From the NCBI GenBank assembly GCA_038496445.1, contig JALMLS010000487.1, positions 124,001-188,000 of the forward strand: a stretch of DNA of 64,000 bases, read 5' to 3'. This DNA is from Trichosphaerium sp. ATCC 40318. Taxonomy: Eukaryota; Protista; Tubulinea. Positions 1 to 14,169 of the stretch are shown here, piece by piece. Position 1 is the stretch's first letter; each line of letters opens with the position of its first letter. The position numbers were made by a program, and so were the translations under genes. Under the pieces are notes generated by a model that made no database searches, was not told the origin of the DNA, and was given only the letters and a program-made list of their open reading frames with translations.

Positions 1-195
1 GCTATGTATTGGTTAACTGATAGAACACCTCATGAATCTTTACCAATGAAAGAATCAAGCAGAAGAATTTTCTTTAGGCTAGTTTCGAGGAAGCTTGGGA
101 TATGGTATGAAGCTCATTCTACAAAGAATCCAATTGGCATTGTACCTGATGAGAAAATTACAAGAATAATATCAGGCAACAAATTTAAGCAGTAA
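1..195 (+). CDS. 3' end of a gene entering from the left; uncharacterised protein, possibly Fe(II)/2OG-oxygenase-like C-terminus
   Basis: Open frame YWLTDRTPHESLP...RIFFRLV...WYEAHSTKNPIG ending in TAA at 195, with AATAAA at about 244. The fold assignment is inferred only from the His...Arg spacing. Confidence 0.45.
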   Translation, partial: AMYWLTDRTPHESLPMKESSRRIFFRLVSRKLGIWYEAHSTKNPIGIVPDEKITRIISGNKFKQ

Positions 196-1356
196 AATAT
201 ACGTTTATGTAAAACAACCAAAGAACCTGACACTAGATTTAATAATAAACGCGAGTCAATTATCATAGTGCGTAACGTTTTTTCACAGTTCAGTTACGAA
301 ATGCTCTTATTTTATAGTTGTCAATAGGGTTTTTTTTGTCCTTTTTAAATGATTGAGAGTAGAAAATCCTTCACGCTTACGGTAGATCATTCACAAAACC
401 ATAAAAAAGTGGTTCTTTTCCAACATAACCTCCGTATACAGTTGTATCATGTATGATGTCAACACTGACAACATTGTCTAAATAGAATCTTGCCAGTGGA
501 CGGTCTGCTTCGAACCTTTGGTGTAAAATACAAGGCGATCACATTCCGTGAACTCGGCGATGTGTTACATAACAACTGCATATCTTGTAAGTTCCTAGTT
601 CTTGCACGATCTTACACTTTGATACTTCTACCAAGCCTGCAAACTTGAATGACACGGACAATACAAATAAAATTAACGCTGACTTCTACTTTTTTTGACC
701 AGTACAGCCGTTACAGCAGTACATTGTTGTTCGAAGTATAAAGGCACAAAGAGTTTAAACAGGCGATCAGCAAGAGCGAGAGAGGTTCCGGAAAAGCTCG
801 CAAATCCCTGTAAGGTTCAAAATCCGGAAAACGTGATATTTTAGTGAGAACAAATCCGCCATCCAAATACTTGCTAAGTTTCTAGGGTGTATTTTGTGCA
901 AGTATTTGCTAAAGTAACCTGAAAGAACTGATGGTACTCGGCCAGGCTGTTGGATATTGCTCAGTGGTTACATAGCAATACATAGCCATCTATTGATAAT
1001 TATTAAATTTCAAAACTGGTGACCATTATAAACGGCTTTCACCAACCTTTTTATGACGCTCAAGTGAGCACATACTCTTACCTATTACACTGTGATCTTC
1101 TGACCTGCGAGAGGACTATTTAAACGCGTGTTATGGCTCAATTTATGAGAGGACGTGTTGATGCACCTTAAACTTCACCAGCTGCCAATATGGATCGCGT
1201 ATGAACGTGTGAGTACACGACCTTTCTTGATGACTTGAGAGCAGTACACAAACCAACAAAACACATCATCAGTTTTCATCTTTTCAGAAATTTCGAACGT
1301 TTCAACTTTTTTGGGTTTTTTTTTTTCAAGCAAAGCAACCATAACCACCTTCCACT

Positions 1357-4300
1357 ATGACAACCGAGTATGCGTCAATGCATAAATTGTTTCTTAACGA
1401 AAACGATGTTAACACTCATAAAAAGGTAAAATGAAGGCTTCTTACGCGCCTTAGACATGCTAACATTACTTCCACAGGAACAAGAGGCAAATTACCCGTT
1501 GTACTCTTGTACCCTCTTGAATTTCCTGTTCCAAGGCGTCAATATCATAAAGAGCGCAAAACCACGTATTTTAGCAGCTTGTTGGGCTTCTAAACGCTAT
1601 GACTTGCCTGAGCTACTTCTAACGCGCTTTGACAGTACGTAACACAATGTTTAAAGGATTCAACGACACCTATTAATACTTCTATAAAGCACAATTCGGT
1701 TTTGTGGAGATTCTTAGGGCGTTAAAGATACTTGACACAAACCGCCAAATAAGAGTGCTTGAGAAAAGGCTGTTGCAGTTAAACAAGCAAGAGAAAGTAA
1801 AAACCAAAAAAGTAGGTGATATTAAGTCGAAAATCAACGATTTACAAAAAGAGCGCTTACCAGAAGGTACGTTTTGACGTTTTCTTCATATTTTGATAAA
1901 AATGGTAAAAAAAACCCTGAGTTGATTTGTTTACTTCGTTCGGGTATAAAAACACTATTTCTACGCGTGGAAAACAAGGTTTTGGCTTTTATAGAGCATT
2001 TACACCAGTTTGAATGAATTAATTATAAAAAACCCATAAGCCGACCCATAACTCGTCGTGGGATTATTCTTGACTTAAATGTATCGATTTACTACTTTGA
2101 CTACTTTTCATGAAAACAAACACAAAAAGTTGTTTACGTAAAGAAAAAAATAAGAAATGTACCTCATGCCTTTCTAACAAGTTGTTTTTAGCTTCCGTAT
2201 CAGGATCTCTTGCAAAGAAAGTTAATAAGTTTCTGTATAGCATAGATGAAGAGAAGTTAGTACGTTCAAAGTAACCTAACGTTAAACTGTTGTTGCTAAC
2301 ATATTGTTTTTTTAAAGGCTTTCTTCGCACTCAATATGCCAAAAGAACCTTGGCAAGAACTTGCTAATATAACCCATCCCTCATCACATAAATTCGTGTT
2401 ACCATGGTTCCTTGGTACGTAATAAGAGCTCAAAGCGTTTAGCCAAGGCAAATGTTTATTGTTCAAAACGTTTTTCTTTCCAATTGGTCTTACTCCAACT
2501 CTTCTTTACATCATTGTGTTAACGAGTTGTGTTTAGAGTATATGTATGGTAAACCTGCTCCTGAAGGCTCAGTCATCAAGCTATGCGATGGTATCAATTC
2601 AGAAAACGTTGTGTCTGTCTTAAAGCAAGTCAATGTCCCTTATTCGTACTTGAGATTACACGCCAAACCACTCTCTGAACTCGCAAAATCGATGATAGCA
2701 GAGTATACACCTCTTGATACTTTGATATGGTACCATGAAGAGCTGAACTCACCTGAAGTCAACGCTACAATCAACAAAAGACTTTCTGCTGGAGAAAAGC
2801 CAAAATTCGGATATGGTAAACTAGTTGAAAGACTCATGTACTTTCAGGTACTCATCTGCAGACATCCTACCCGAAAAGTTTTTTACTAATGTACCTGTTT
2901 TATAGTCTATAAAAGCATCGTTTTGCGATTTGCTCATTCCAATTGCGGAACAAAGACTTCAAGCTATTAAAATCGCACTTGATGCTCCAGTTGCTGTTTT
3001 CGGTGATGCTTCAAATTCTATGGATGTTGCAATTAAGACATCAACTATCATTGCTTCAGTTCTTACTGCACTTACTGATGCACGATTGACGTTCTTCAGT
3101 AACGGTGTTGTTGAGGCTCCTTGTAACCCGAAGAATATTAAAGACGTTCTTCATGTAGCAAACACAGTACGTCAACCTTTCTTAACTTGTTATTTTGTTG
3201 TTGAAACGACTTTTTGGTTTTGTAGTATTCTTATATCGCTATTAGGTCAAAGCTTCTGGCCTCACCAGACCTGCAGCTTGTTTATGGACATACTATAAAC
3301 TACGTCAAGTTGCCAAATGTATCGTAATTGTTTCAGACGAAGATGAGAACTTGCCTTACTATGGACACTATTTTGTTGATTTGCTCGAAATGTACAGGAA
3401 AGATGTGTACCCGGCGAAGATTGTCTTTGTCAGTTTCTTGGCCAATCCAAGCGCTGAGGGACCAATGGTATGTCTATCTACCAACCTACTTAAAAAATAC
3501 TTACACTGTTCTTTAGGTAAAAGAACTTGAAGAAAAAGGCATCGAGTGTCTTCAATTCAGACTTGGCATGCCTCGTCCTGATCTAACCAAACTCGATGAC
3601 CTCTTAGGTCAATTATCCTGTGATTCTGGTACAGTAGTATCGATTGTTGAAGGACTTGTCAAAACGTACAAAGAGTCAGGAATCAAGAGTGTTGTTGAGT
3701 GCCTCGAGACTATTAGTCTTACACCATCCGTCGATGAAGATAACATCAAACAAGCACAAGGAGAACTCGCTCAGAAAGCAAAAGCTGCCTTAACACAACT
3801 AGAAATGGAGCGTGTAATGTTAGCTAAGCTTGAGTCTATACTTGGTAACAAACCTGTCCCTGATGACTTTATCTGTCCGATCACAAGGTTGTTGTTCCGT
3901 GAACCAACAATTACTGCTGATGGACATACGTACGAGAAGTCTGCTATAACATTGTGGCTTCAAAATCATGACACATCTCCTCTCACTGGAGCTGTACTGG
4001 AGTCTAAGAAGCTATTACCGAACCATACATTGAGAAAAGCTATCAAAGAACTATGTGATAGAGTTGGTGTTGAACCTGAAAAACTAGAAGAGTTTGAGCT
4101 TGAGAGTCAGTCTGTGGCAAAGAAATCTAAAGGAGTTAGCTTGGTAATGTCTGATCCTACTGAAGCAAAGATTGCTCAAATTACAGCGGATAACCCTAAT
4201 ATGGGTGAACAAGAGCTTTTGGCTATTTTTTATACCGAGTTCGCTGGTCAAAACGATATCCAAGGCGCTGACAAAGATGGACACGCAAATCCTTTAGGTA

Positions 4301-5569
4301 CGAGATTTTAGTTGATGATATTTTTTTTTCCTGTTGTTTTTTGGTTAAGTTTCTCTTCTCCTTGTTGATTGTTTTTTTTTTGTTTAGGTCGTAAGTATGA
4401 TCTTGGTAGAGAAGGAGCGTTTAAGATGTTTTCTATCATTTTGTATTCGTACTACAACACAAATAGTATTTGGAAGGAATGTGAGAAAGCGTTACAAGAA
4501 AAAGGATTTCAAGTTGTTGTTTGTTTAGATGAGAAGGTATGCTAACTAAAACGACTACTACACGCGTGGGCTTTCACTACACTCGTTCTTTGTTTTACCT
4601 CTTTGCAATTCTAATTTTTTTAAAATGGTATCACGTGGACTAACTTCTTTTTTTTCCTCTTTAGACATTCTTGGATACTATGCACGATCATGATCAAGCG
4701 TGGGTTGTTTCTGGTTCAGGAACTGGTGACCATCATAAACTATGTGTAGAAATCCAAAAGATGCATGATTGTGGAAAGAGTGTATTCATATGGGCTGACA
4801 ATGATCCGTTCTTTACACACGTAAGCATTTTGAATAACACTTTTTTTTTGCTTACTTTTTACTGTTTTAGGCGAATAGCCTACTCAATCATCTCAAACTT
4901 GGATATCAGTTAGAGGGTAATGTACCTGGTGGGAAACCTCTGAAGTTAGCAAAGTCTACTGACGCACCACCAGTCGGTCATTGTAAGAAACTGATTTTTT
5001 GTTCTTTTTTTTTTCCTTCTATTTTTATTCGTGTTGCAAAGCTCCCCTAGAATCTCTTTTTCTCACTTTTCTAATAGTCAAACCTGATTTATTGACTACT
5101 GGTATTGTTTCTCTCTTTGAGGGTATAACTATATGTTATCCGAATAAAATCACAGACAATATGAACGTTATTGGAACAGGAACTGATGGAAAATCTTGCT
5201 TCTGGTCTCATCAGTTACCTTCAGGTACTTTTTTGATATTTAAAATACTTCGGGCGGCCATAAAACATTGATGATTACTTTATCACTTAAAAAAATACTA
5301 TCACGTGACTGTGACCGATTCTTTTTTCCTTTCGAAAAAAAAAACTTATTTGTTTTTTAGGTCGTATCATCGTTGATTGTGGTTTCACTAAGCTATACTG
5401 TAATTGGGATTCAGCTGGTACTGCTAGATTTGTAAGAAACTGTGCTGTATGGCTTGCTGGAATAGACTGGAGAGTGAGAATAGGTGCTAATATTAAGGGA
5501 GCAATTGATTGGTCAAAAGTAAGACCAAGACATAGACCTCCTTCTTATAAACCAGCAAAATCAATTTAA
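1357..5569 (+). CDS. Multi-exon protein: TROVE-like helical region + vWA domain + U-box + uncharacterised C-terminal alpha/beta domain
   Basis: Spliced reading gives a vWA MIDAS-like motif (VAVFGDASNSM...VSDEDEN), a clear U-box (VPDDFICPITRLLFREPTITADGHTYEKSAITLWLQNHDTSPLTG...LLPNHTLRKAI) and a C-terminal WADNDP...EGITI...DCGFTKLYCNWDSAGTARFVRN. GT-AG introns restore the frame; AATAAA at about 5601. Confidence 0.8.
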
Positions 5570-5866
5570 AAGACAGGTCAAGGCTTACAAGCACACTTCA
5601 AATAAAAATAAAAGAATTGCTCTACAACCCTTTATACTGTATCCATTTTGCCTTCACTTGTTGAACAACAAGCCAGTTATGTAAACCTAGTGATGGTACT
5701 AGTCGCTTTGACGAAATAACGCTATTTTGAGTTAGCACTAAGCCTGATTTTCGGGTTTGTAGACAGTTAAGTGCATCTATCAAATCCTACCTTTAAGCAA
5801 CCTTTGGTTATTTGAAACACATTCTTTACACACAGCGGGTGACTGAGTTTTTCTTACAAGACATAC

Positions 5867-7843
5867 TTACAATCGCAATGCACACTTTAACAACACTCCT
5901 TGTTGTGTTACTGGCGTCTAAATGCGCATGTGAAGCCTTTGAAGCAAGTAAGTGTTTATAATTTGCTTTTAAAAGAGTTAATCACGTGCTTATTTGAAGT
6001 AAACGTGCGCTACTTATCAAACGAAGCATGTGATGTCTACATTGCTGATTTTGGTGACGACCTGAGTGTAAGTACACAAAAAAACGTGCTTACGCTTCAA
6101 GCGATGATATCACGTGTTTACTTCAAACAGGGAAATGGTTCACAAGAAAAACCTTTCAGAACCATTGAAAGAGCAACACTCAATGACACAGGTTTATTTT
6201 ACGTTGTCTGTGTTGGAGGTAAATAGAACAAACATGTTGTGGGAAACTGTGTATCTTATTTTTTCTAAAAGGGAATGTTGCGTTTTATCGTTCTGATCGT
6301 GTTGAAGTAAAATGGAATAATTTTAAAAGTCTTACATTCAAAGCAGACTACTGGCATTCTAATCAAACAATGAGACCTATTTTGAATGGTTTGGTGCGCA
6401 ACATTGTCGTCAACTTTCTTATGACTGTGTGAGCCAGCAATTCAAAGTTACCACGCCTCTCTTCGACATTACCTTCATTGGTACGAATGAAGTTATTATC
6501 CTACACAAGCTAAAGCACTTCAAAGGAGTTGAATTAGGGTTGGGAACTTATGATGTATTTCGTTCAATGGGATCTTTTGGATTTCGAACGAAAGTCAGGT
6601 TGTTCAATACCACAACAAAAAATGAATTTAGTGTTAGTTTCTACAACAAACCTGGTACTTTTTATATGGAGGACAGTGTATTAGGAGGTGAAAATGCTAT
6701 TGGTGGTACCTCTTCAACATCAAAAGTAACGGTAAAGAACAGTTATATAAAGGAACATGCACTTTGGGAAGGTACCAAAATAAGATACATTTACAAATTG
6801 ATAAGGATTTGACTCACTTTCTATCCACATGATGATCTTACCACTGTTGCAATAGCATCAGATATCAACGTTTCAAATACCAAAATAGAGGCGACAGTGA
6901 ACACTCTGGGGTCAAGAATAGTAGTTATTTCAAACTCTACTATTAGGTTAAGTTATCTGCGGCTAAAAGGACAAAGCTGCGTTGCCACATTGACTAACAA
7001 CACATTCTATGAGCTTTACAGTCAACTTGCAATTCTGACTATGATTGGAGGCAATGCTACCGTTATTCTCAATAACAATACAATACATCTAATTAACGCA
7101 TGTCAACTGATTGGTTTTTGTACTAACAAACATTTTCAGGATGGAAAACCTAGACCTGCGGGTGCAGCACTTGTGCATTACTATCCATTCCAACCTAATA
7201 TATCAATTATAATGGAAAACCAATACATAAGCCCTGACCTTTACAGTACGTATCATATTGTGAGGCTGTCATGAACTCATCTAGACTTAAAGCTAAAAAC
7301 TGTGAAAATGGCTATGAACTTTCAAGCAAAATTCTAAGCTGCCAACCTTGTAAACAAGGTCAAACCTCTTTGGGTGGTAATACCACATGTTTTGATTGTC
7401 CTCCAGGTAAGTACCGTTTTTGATAGCAACGTAATCTAAAATATTAGGTACATATGCTTCAGGAACACTAACAGGCACCAGTTGTGAACCATGTCAACTG
7501 AATGAATACTCACAGAGGTATGGTTTGTTTGATATTGGTAAGTGTTGCTAACATATGACCAAAAGAGGAAGTACATCGTGCTTATCTTGTTCAAACCCAC
7601 ATAAAAATGAGCCACAATGCTTCACATCCCCAACGATACCAAGTACTTGAAGAAACTAGTACAATCAAACTTGAAACTTTTGATTAACTAAGAGAGTAGA
7701 TTCGTCACCATGGATTATTTTCTGTTTGGCTGTTTTAGGACCTATGCTTATTACTGCTTTTGTTGTGGCAACAAGTGAGTTTTTAATTGATAGAGAATAC
7801 GACACTTACATCACTTAAGCATTAATACAAGATTTATTGTAAA
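5867..7843 (+). repeat. About 2-kb segmental duplication, inverted copy at 26782-28746
   Basis: Long identical stretches including introns, for example 6114-6296 versus 28318-28500, visible even in the shared spurious ORFs. Confidence 0.95.
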
Positions 7844-7995
7844 AATTTAATGTGATGCAATTTGCTGCCTAGCAATTATCATACTTTCTTCTTAATCTAC
7901 AAACCCAATGAAGGAGATAAACCAGTGTCACGCAACTTTGATCCAGAGACACTCCCATTTATTATTTGGATTATCTTGTACATTAAAACACAATA
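5878..7995 (+). CDS. Membrane-anchored surface protein with pectin-lyase-like beta-helix, Cys-rich stalk and TM helix (copy A); 3' end uncertain
   Basis: Signal peptide MHTLTTLLVVLL, the motif VYIADFGDDLS/GNGSQEKPFRTI that typically opens such beta-helix proteins, N/S/T-rich beta repeats, Cys-rich exons at about 7300-7640, and TM segment WIIFCLAVLGPMLITAFVVA at about 7710-7775. Confidence 0.7.
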
Positions 7996-8138
7996 AATCA
8001 AATGGAACAATCAATCAATTAAAAAACATCTGAAGAGTCACACTATTGGAGTTCTTTAATAGAAGTTCCATTGAGACGAGAATAACCTGTAGTTGATTTG
8101 ATGTACTGACATGGTGTGGAAACGTAACTGTATTGTTA

Positions 8139-11100
8139 TTACAATTCAATTGTGGTGATACTACTATCGGGTTTGAGCTTTGCAAGTTCATCTTCAAGGA
8201 GTTTATATTCTGCTTTAATTTTACTAAGTGCTTCTTTTGTTTGTTCAAGTTCCTTCTTTGTATTCTCATACTCTGATGTCTCTTGAGACACTACACCAGA
8301 CTGTTTAGTCCTATTTCCACTACGCCTTGTGCCCATACGAGAAGACCTTCCAGAGGAACTATTTGGTAACCATTAACAATTATAAAAAGATTATTCTTCG
8401 TAACTTGATAGAAATAGTATTACGCACCTACTAGTGACAGAGTCTGAATCTTTGTTCGCGAAAATGGTCCATAACTTTGGAAGAAACATCATGCAGAGTG
8501 TAACTTAATCAAGGAGTTAAGCAATAAAAACAAGTAATGATTCAAAGTAGTCACGTGATGTAGCGCTGTTTTCGGATGTTTTACAAAAACTGCACTTACC
8601 TGATGCTATAAACCAAATACCGATAGATACAATTATACTCAAGGTGCTGTAAGATGAGGGAGATGTTATTGTGTATCCGCAAATCAACAATAATGATGCC
8701 CAAACCAAGTCGTTATAAATGATAGCTCCCATCCACTTTGATTCATTGTACATTGAAGGAACACTCCTAACTGCAAATGCGTAATAACAGCCAGTCAACA
8801 CCACAAGTCCCTATTTTGAAAGGCGTTAGTAATACCACAAACAAAGAATGACAAACCTCATAAACTATCGTGATTATCAAAAATATCTGCCCATATTCGC
8901 TTGAGCATTGACCAAGGTTGTAAAGATTACTATTTGGATCCGGTTTATATGCTATTTTGTTTCTAGAGAAAACTGTCCATAGAATCAAAAGAACCTTTGC
9001 CAACTGTTAAGGTGAGAAAAAGTAAGAGCGAGAAAATTATTTGGTTCCAAAAAAAAGGATACAAGCTGAAGTACAATCGCTGCCATTGTGACTTGGATCA
9101 TTTCAGCAAATGATATAACTGTACGAGACAAGTTTCCTCGATCGAATATCCTTTTAATCCTATAAGTCTTTGCAACAAGTGGCCTTTATCAAGTAAGTGA
9201 AAAGAAAGAAAGAAAAGTAATAGTACGCAAGTATAAGGACAAATCCCATCGCAGGAAACCATACACGAAGCTCGCAGAATACGTTTGATACTGGTGCAAT
9301 CCTATATCATCGGTTGATTTACGTTGTATGTAATATGTGGTACCATGCAAATGAGCCCAGGTATAACAGCAAGACACCGAAAAGAACTACCAATAGAAAT
9401 TCTCTTGTTGAAGCCCTGATAATCTTTGACGAGTTCCTATCGAACAGAACAATGAATGATTCGAATGATCAAAGTATCTGCGTACCAGTTTACAATGAGA
9501 ATGAAGGAAACTGCCATAGTGGCAATGAGACCGAGAATTACAAGAATTATTATGACAATAGTTGCCACATCGTTCCATTCACTCCATGCTCTTGGAGAAC
9601 GTGGTAATTCTTCAATAGAAATTGATATACTTCCATCGACTAGTATTGGTTTAAATGCCAACGAATCTTTTACAGAAATCACGTGGACATTGGAAAATCT
9701 TTCAGCGAAGTTACTGGACTCATTCGAAAATGTCATTAGTGTGAAAACAGACCCAATTTTCAAAGTAGATACATCATTGACTGATACACTTACAATACCA
9801 TCTACAGGTTACCATTAGAATTAGGTGTAGAGAAAGCAAAAGAAGGATAATTTACCAAATTCTGGCGTTGTAATCCAGTGTATAGAAGAAACGCCCAAAA
9901 TCATGTCAATTGAACTTTGATTGTCAAATCTCATGGAACTTCGTATTTCAATTTCTCCCTAAACACGTGTGTCGTGTTAACTAAAAGATGTACAAGATGT
10001 CCCAAATTAATTGTTGGATTGAGAAACGTACATTGACAGTGAGAGAAGCGTTTTTGAAGTCGTAAACGGTATTTGTGCCAAGAAGTTCAACATTGTTTTC
10101 AACAATCAACGTTGAACCATCAGAGTTAACAATGCTCGTATTCACAGGTTCCAAAGCAAATCTTGTACCTCTAATAATCGTCAAGGTACCTAGTATTCGA
10201 AATTAGGAGCGAAGATACAATACTGCGTACCTTTGTTTTCAACTGTGAGGTCTTGAATATCTATTGTTCCAGAAAGCTTAATGGTTGTCAGCGACCTTTC
10301 TTCAAGAATCACATGAGACTTTAAATTGATATCTGTGCTGATGAACCCTCTTTCATAACCCTTTTATAGCAGTCAGGCTCAATAAGAGTAATACAACATG
10401 CCTTCAGTGATCCGTCTGATAGCATAAACTCTTTCAAAACAACTATGGATGCGGTATGACTAATTGTTACATCGCCACCATTCATGGATAGGTTATCAAC
10501 AATTAGATCTTCAGTAATATTCACGGGGTATGACAAAGGCATTAACAGGCTCTCAAATGTACTACCTTCAGAAAAACAAAATATGAGAACGTTCAAAACT
10601 AAATACAACCCCAAAGTACCAAAATTGCCTCCAGGGATAAACCCACTAAGATCGTATGGTGAAGAACTCTGAAATATACTTCTTTGTACTGAAACAAATT
10701 GATCGCCGGCGATACCTATGACAGCAATTACAAGGTACTACATGCTTATTTTCTTTCGCACTGTATTGAGAATTTGAGGTAAAAGTGCAATTATCTACTG
10801 TATTTCCTTTTAAGAACATTGCTCCACCGAACTCGGCTGTGTTGTTGATAAATGTGCTTCCTTTAAAAACAGAATTCGCAGTAGAACAAATGATAGCACC
10901 ACCGGATATTGCCAAGTTTCTAATAAATCTGCAATCCCTTATAATAGTCCTGGAGTTTTCTAGTGGTATTGACAAGGCACCACCCTAAACGCCGGTTGAT
11001 CAGTAAAGTTGGAGCTTTCTTCGACGTACATTATTTTCGGCTTTGTTGTCGAAGAAGTTTGAGTTACTAACAGTTATGTCTGTATTATTAACCTCGATCT

Positions 11101-13779
11101 GGACACCGCCACCAAATAACGCTGTGTTGTTGATAAACTCAGAATCTTTGATATCAATATTATGGTTATTCATAAAAGCACGTATTGCTCCTACAACAAG
11201 TTGTTAGTTTTCTCAGTTTTTTCTTAATTTGGAGCTGTTTCGTTTACCACCATCGTTTTCAGCAGAGTTACTATCAAAATATATTCCACTCATTGATATA
11301 TACGTATTATCCATATAGAGATATAACGCACCACCATCAATAGCATGATTTCTTCTGAAAGTTACGTTTTGAAAATCGAGATTTGTGTTCATAAGCTCAG
11401 CATACAAACCACCTCCATCAAAGGCTGCCTCATTGTCTTCAAATAGCACATGTTCAAATATGATATTTTTACTGTTGATCATATATAGGCCTCCTCCCCA
11501 TGATGCTGAACATCTCCTTTAAAGCGTTGTAAGAATTTTTTAAGAAAACCTTATTTTGTTCAGATACCTAAAGGTGCAGTGCTCAATAGTTCCATTTTCG
11601 AGAGCATCTAAAGAAAGCGTTCCTTTTCACTCTGTTAGGTACATAGGTGAATTGAGGTGCTTATTTAACGTACCATACATTGAAGAAGAGCTGTCTTCAA
11701 ATATCAAATGTCGAAACAAGATATTCTTATAGGTATTACCTTGCTCAAAGAGAATACCGGACCCGGGTCCGTCAGCATGATTATTAAGGAAAGAAGAATG
11801 CTGTATTGTAATATTCTCACAGTGTTGCTCGAAGTAAATACCGGCGCCTTTATCAGTTACAAAATTGTTTTCAAAAACAAGATTGTCCAAGTTGAGATTG
11901 TATGACTGTGCCATTGATATACCAGCTCCAAAGTCAGCTGATCCGCCCCTAGATATGTTGATTACAGTCTTTTAATTGATACGAGATTTCGGTTAGTGAA
12001 CTAACCTGAAAGTAGTATTTATAATCTCGCTGTCACCCAGACCAAGAATAGCAAGCGCTAAAACCAAAATGAGAAATAGAAAATTCACACTTTTGAGACG
12101 ATTCTTATTATTTCTTACCGCCTTCTCCTCTCATATCCTCAAATATCAAGTGTCTGAGGTGGAAATGCTTATTATTATCGCCATAAATGGATACGCCTCC
12201 ACCGACATTTGCTGAGTTGTTTCTAAACACAGAGTTTTCTATTGTGATGTTTTTGTTGTTGTTATCAAAGTAGATTCCACCGCCTTCTTCAGTTGCTCTA
12301 TTACTCAAGAAGATAGCATCCGTCAGTAATACATTATTACTTTGATGGATGTATAATGTGCCATATTCATTTGAGTTGCCTCTAAAGACATTAGAAGACA
12401 ATCAAAAGCCAACTGATTCACTCCGTACATAAAAGTACAGTATTCAAAAGTACTGTTGTCTATTCCGTCAACATACACAGCTGTATTTTGTTAACTTGTA
12501 TAAGAGATTAAAGTATGTTTCTTACTTCCGTTTGATGGACTAATGTTATCCTCAAACACAGTAGTTCCAATATGTAAAGTTGATGCTGGATTACTACTTT
12601 CAATAACTTACGAAAGAGTTAATATTAATTATGAGACAACTACGTACACATGACCGACCCAGATTGAGCTCTTCCATTAGAAAAAGTACAGTTGTCAACT
12701 TCTAGATGTATTTCCTCAGTGCCGTGTATAACACCTTGCAGACAGTTAACATGAGTTGGATGCGCTAACAATTTGAATACCATTTCCAGACACAACGTTA
12801 TTATTAAATGTCGTGTTAAACATCTGTGCGTTTACATTCTTCATTCGTAATACACCCATTCCGTCTTGTAATAATACGCTGTTATTTATAAATCGTACAC
12901 TAGTAAACTGTAAATATTATGCAGAAATATATCGCCGCACTTTGACATCGAAATGGACGATTCTTGTATATGAACTATGCCTTTTAACTCAGCATTTGAA
13001 TCTACCTTTGAAACCCCACATGTATTACCAATGAGTATACAATCACTTAAAAACAAAAACAGGTTAGTAAGGTTTAAGTAGAACTCCACGTGCGTCAAAG
13101 AAACGTGGCATCCTGCATTAGCAAAAATAACCGAACCTCCATTTCCACTTTCCTAAAACAGTTATTAGTGCTGATAAACGCACGTGTGATATACCGTTGG
13201 AAATGTTTGAGGACAATCCGATTTTGTGAATGATATTCGGGATAAAGATATAACGTCCAAGTGAGGATCTCCAAAAGAAAGACCACAAGAAGGTATCAAG
13301 AAAAGATAATTAGTAAATTCTCCATCAATAACAGTTTCTCCTTCAGTTGATCCTAAACTTTTAATTATTCCGGGGGATATCTTTCTAACCGTATGTGCCT
13401 ATTATGCTTATTCCATGTAAATTTTCTACGCTAGGCCATACAAGGCGTGTGTTTCCGTTGCCTTGAAATCGGGTCAATAAGAAAATTCCAAACAAAAAAA
13501 AATAACGAATCGACTTACCTGTGTACCGCCCTTGGGCTACTTCTATGGTATCACCTGGTTCAGATACATTGAAAAGGGCATATCTAAGTGTAAGGCAAGG
13601 CCTTAAATTGTCAATACAGTTGCCTGCATCGCTTCCTTTCGTATATTCGCGTTAAGACACAAAAGCAGTTTTCGATTATGGTTTTTACCTTCGGTACTTA
13701 CAAACCGTCGCGCGCCGTGTACTGTGTAAGAAAACAAAATGGAAATAGCCAATAAACGGCCAAGTATTAGCAGAGACAT
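8139..13779 (-). CDS. Class C (GABA-B-like) 7TM receptor with a long beta-helix (GGAI/FxxN repeat) ectodomain
   Basis: Signal peptide and many FxxNxA-xxGG(A/G)(I/L)Y repeats. The 7TM region has family-3 hallmarks (GPLVAKTYRIKRIFD, AFAVRSVPSMYNESKWMGAIIYN, MFLPK), followed by a C-terminal coiled coil (ORF 8139..8336). Confidence 0.85.
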
Positions 13780-14169
13780 TTTTGAAGTAATCGATCTTTT
13801 CGAGACACGTGCGTAAGTGTATTTTTTCTTTGGATTTGGCAAAATTAGTCAAATGTGTCCCCGTATCAATTCACTCTACAATGCGATCGTCTACGTCTGT
13901 TCACCAAGGTTTTTGTTTCATAGTGATCTCCTACAACTCAAGATGTTTACCTCCATGTACACGATAATTATAAATCACAGGCTTAATAGGTGAAACTATT
14001 GGATACAATGAAGGTGGGTGTAAAGATTTGCGTTTATTGTAACTATCCATTGCATATTAGGTACTTGCTTTCATAATGAAACTTTAGGTTCACGTAGCTG
14101 GTTAAGGTGTATATAACTTTGAAACATAGAGTTTATTGGGCTACCGTTCCTAGTTTGGGAAATGCTGTA

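Noticed and set aside
13353-13398. Additional GC-AG intron in the GPCR gene
   Set aside because: An in-phase GT donor 9 nt away gives an equally valid 37-nt intron, so it cannot be decided without transcripts.
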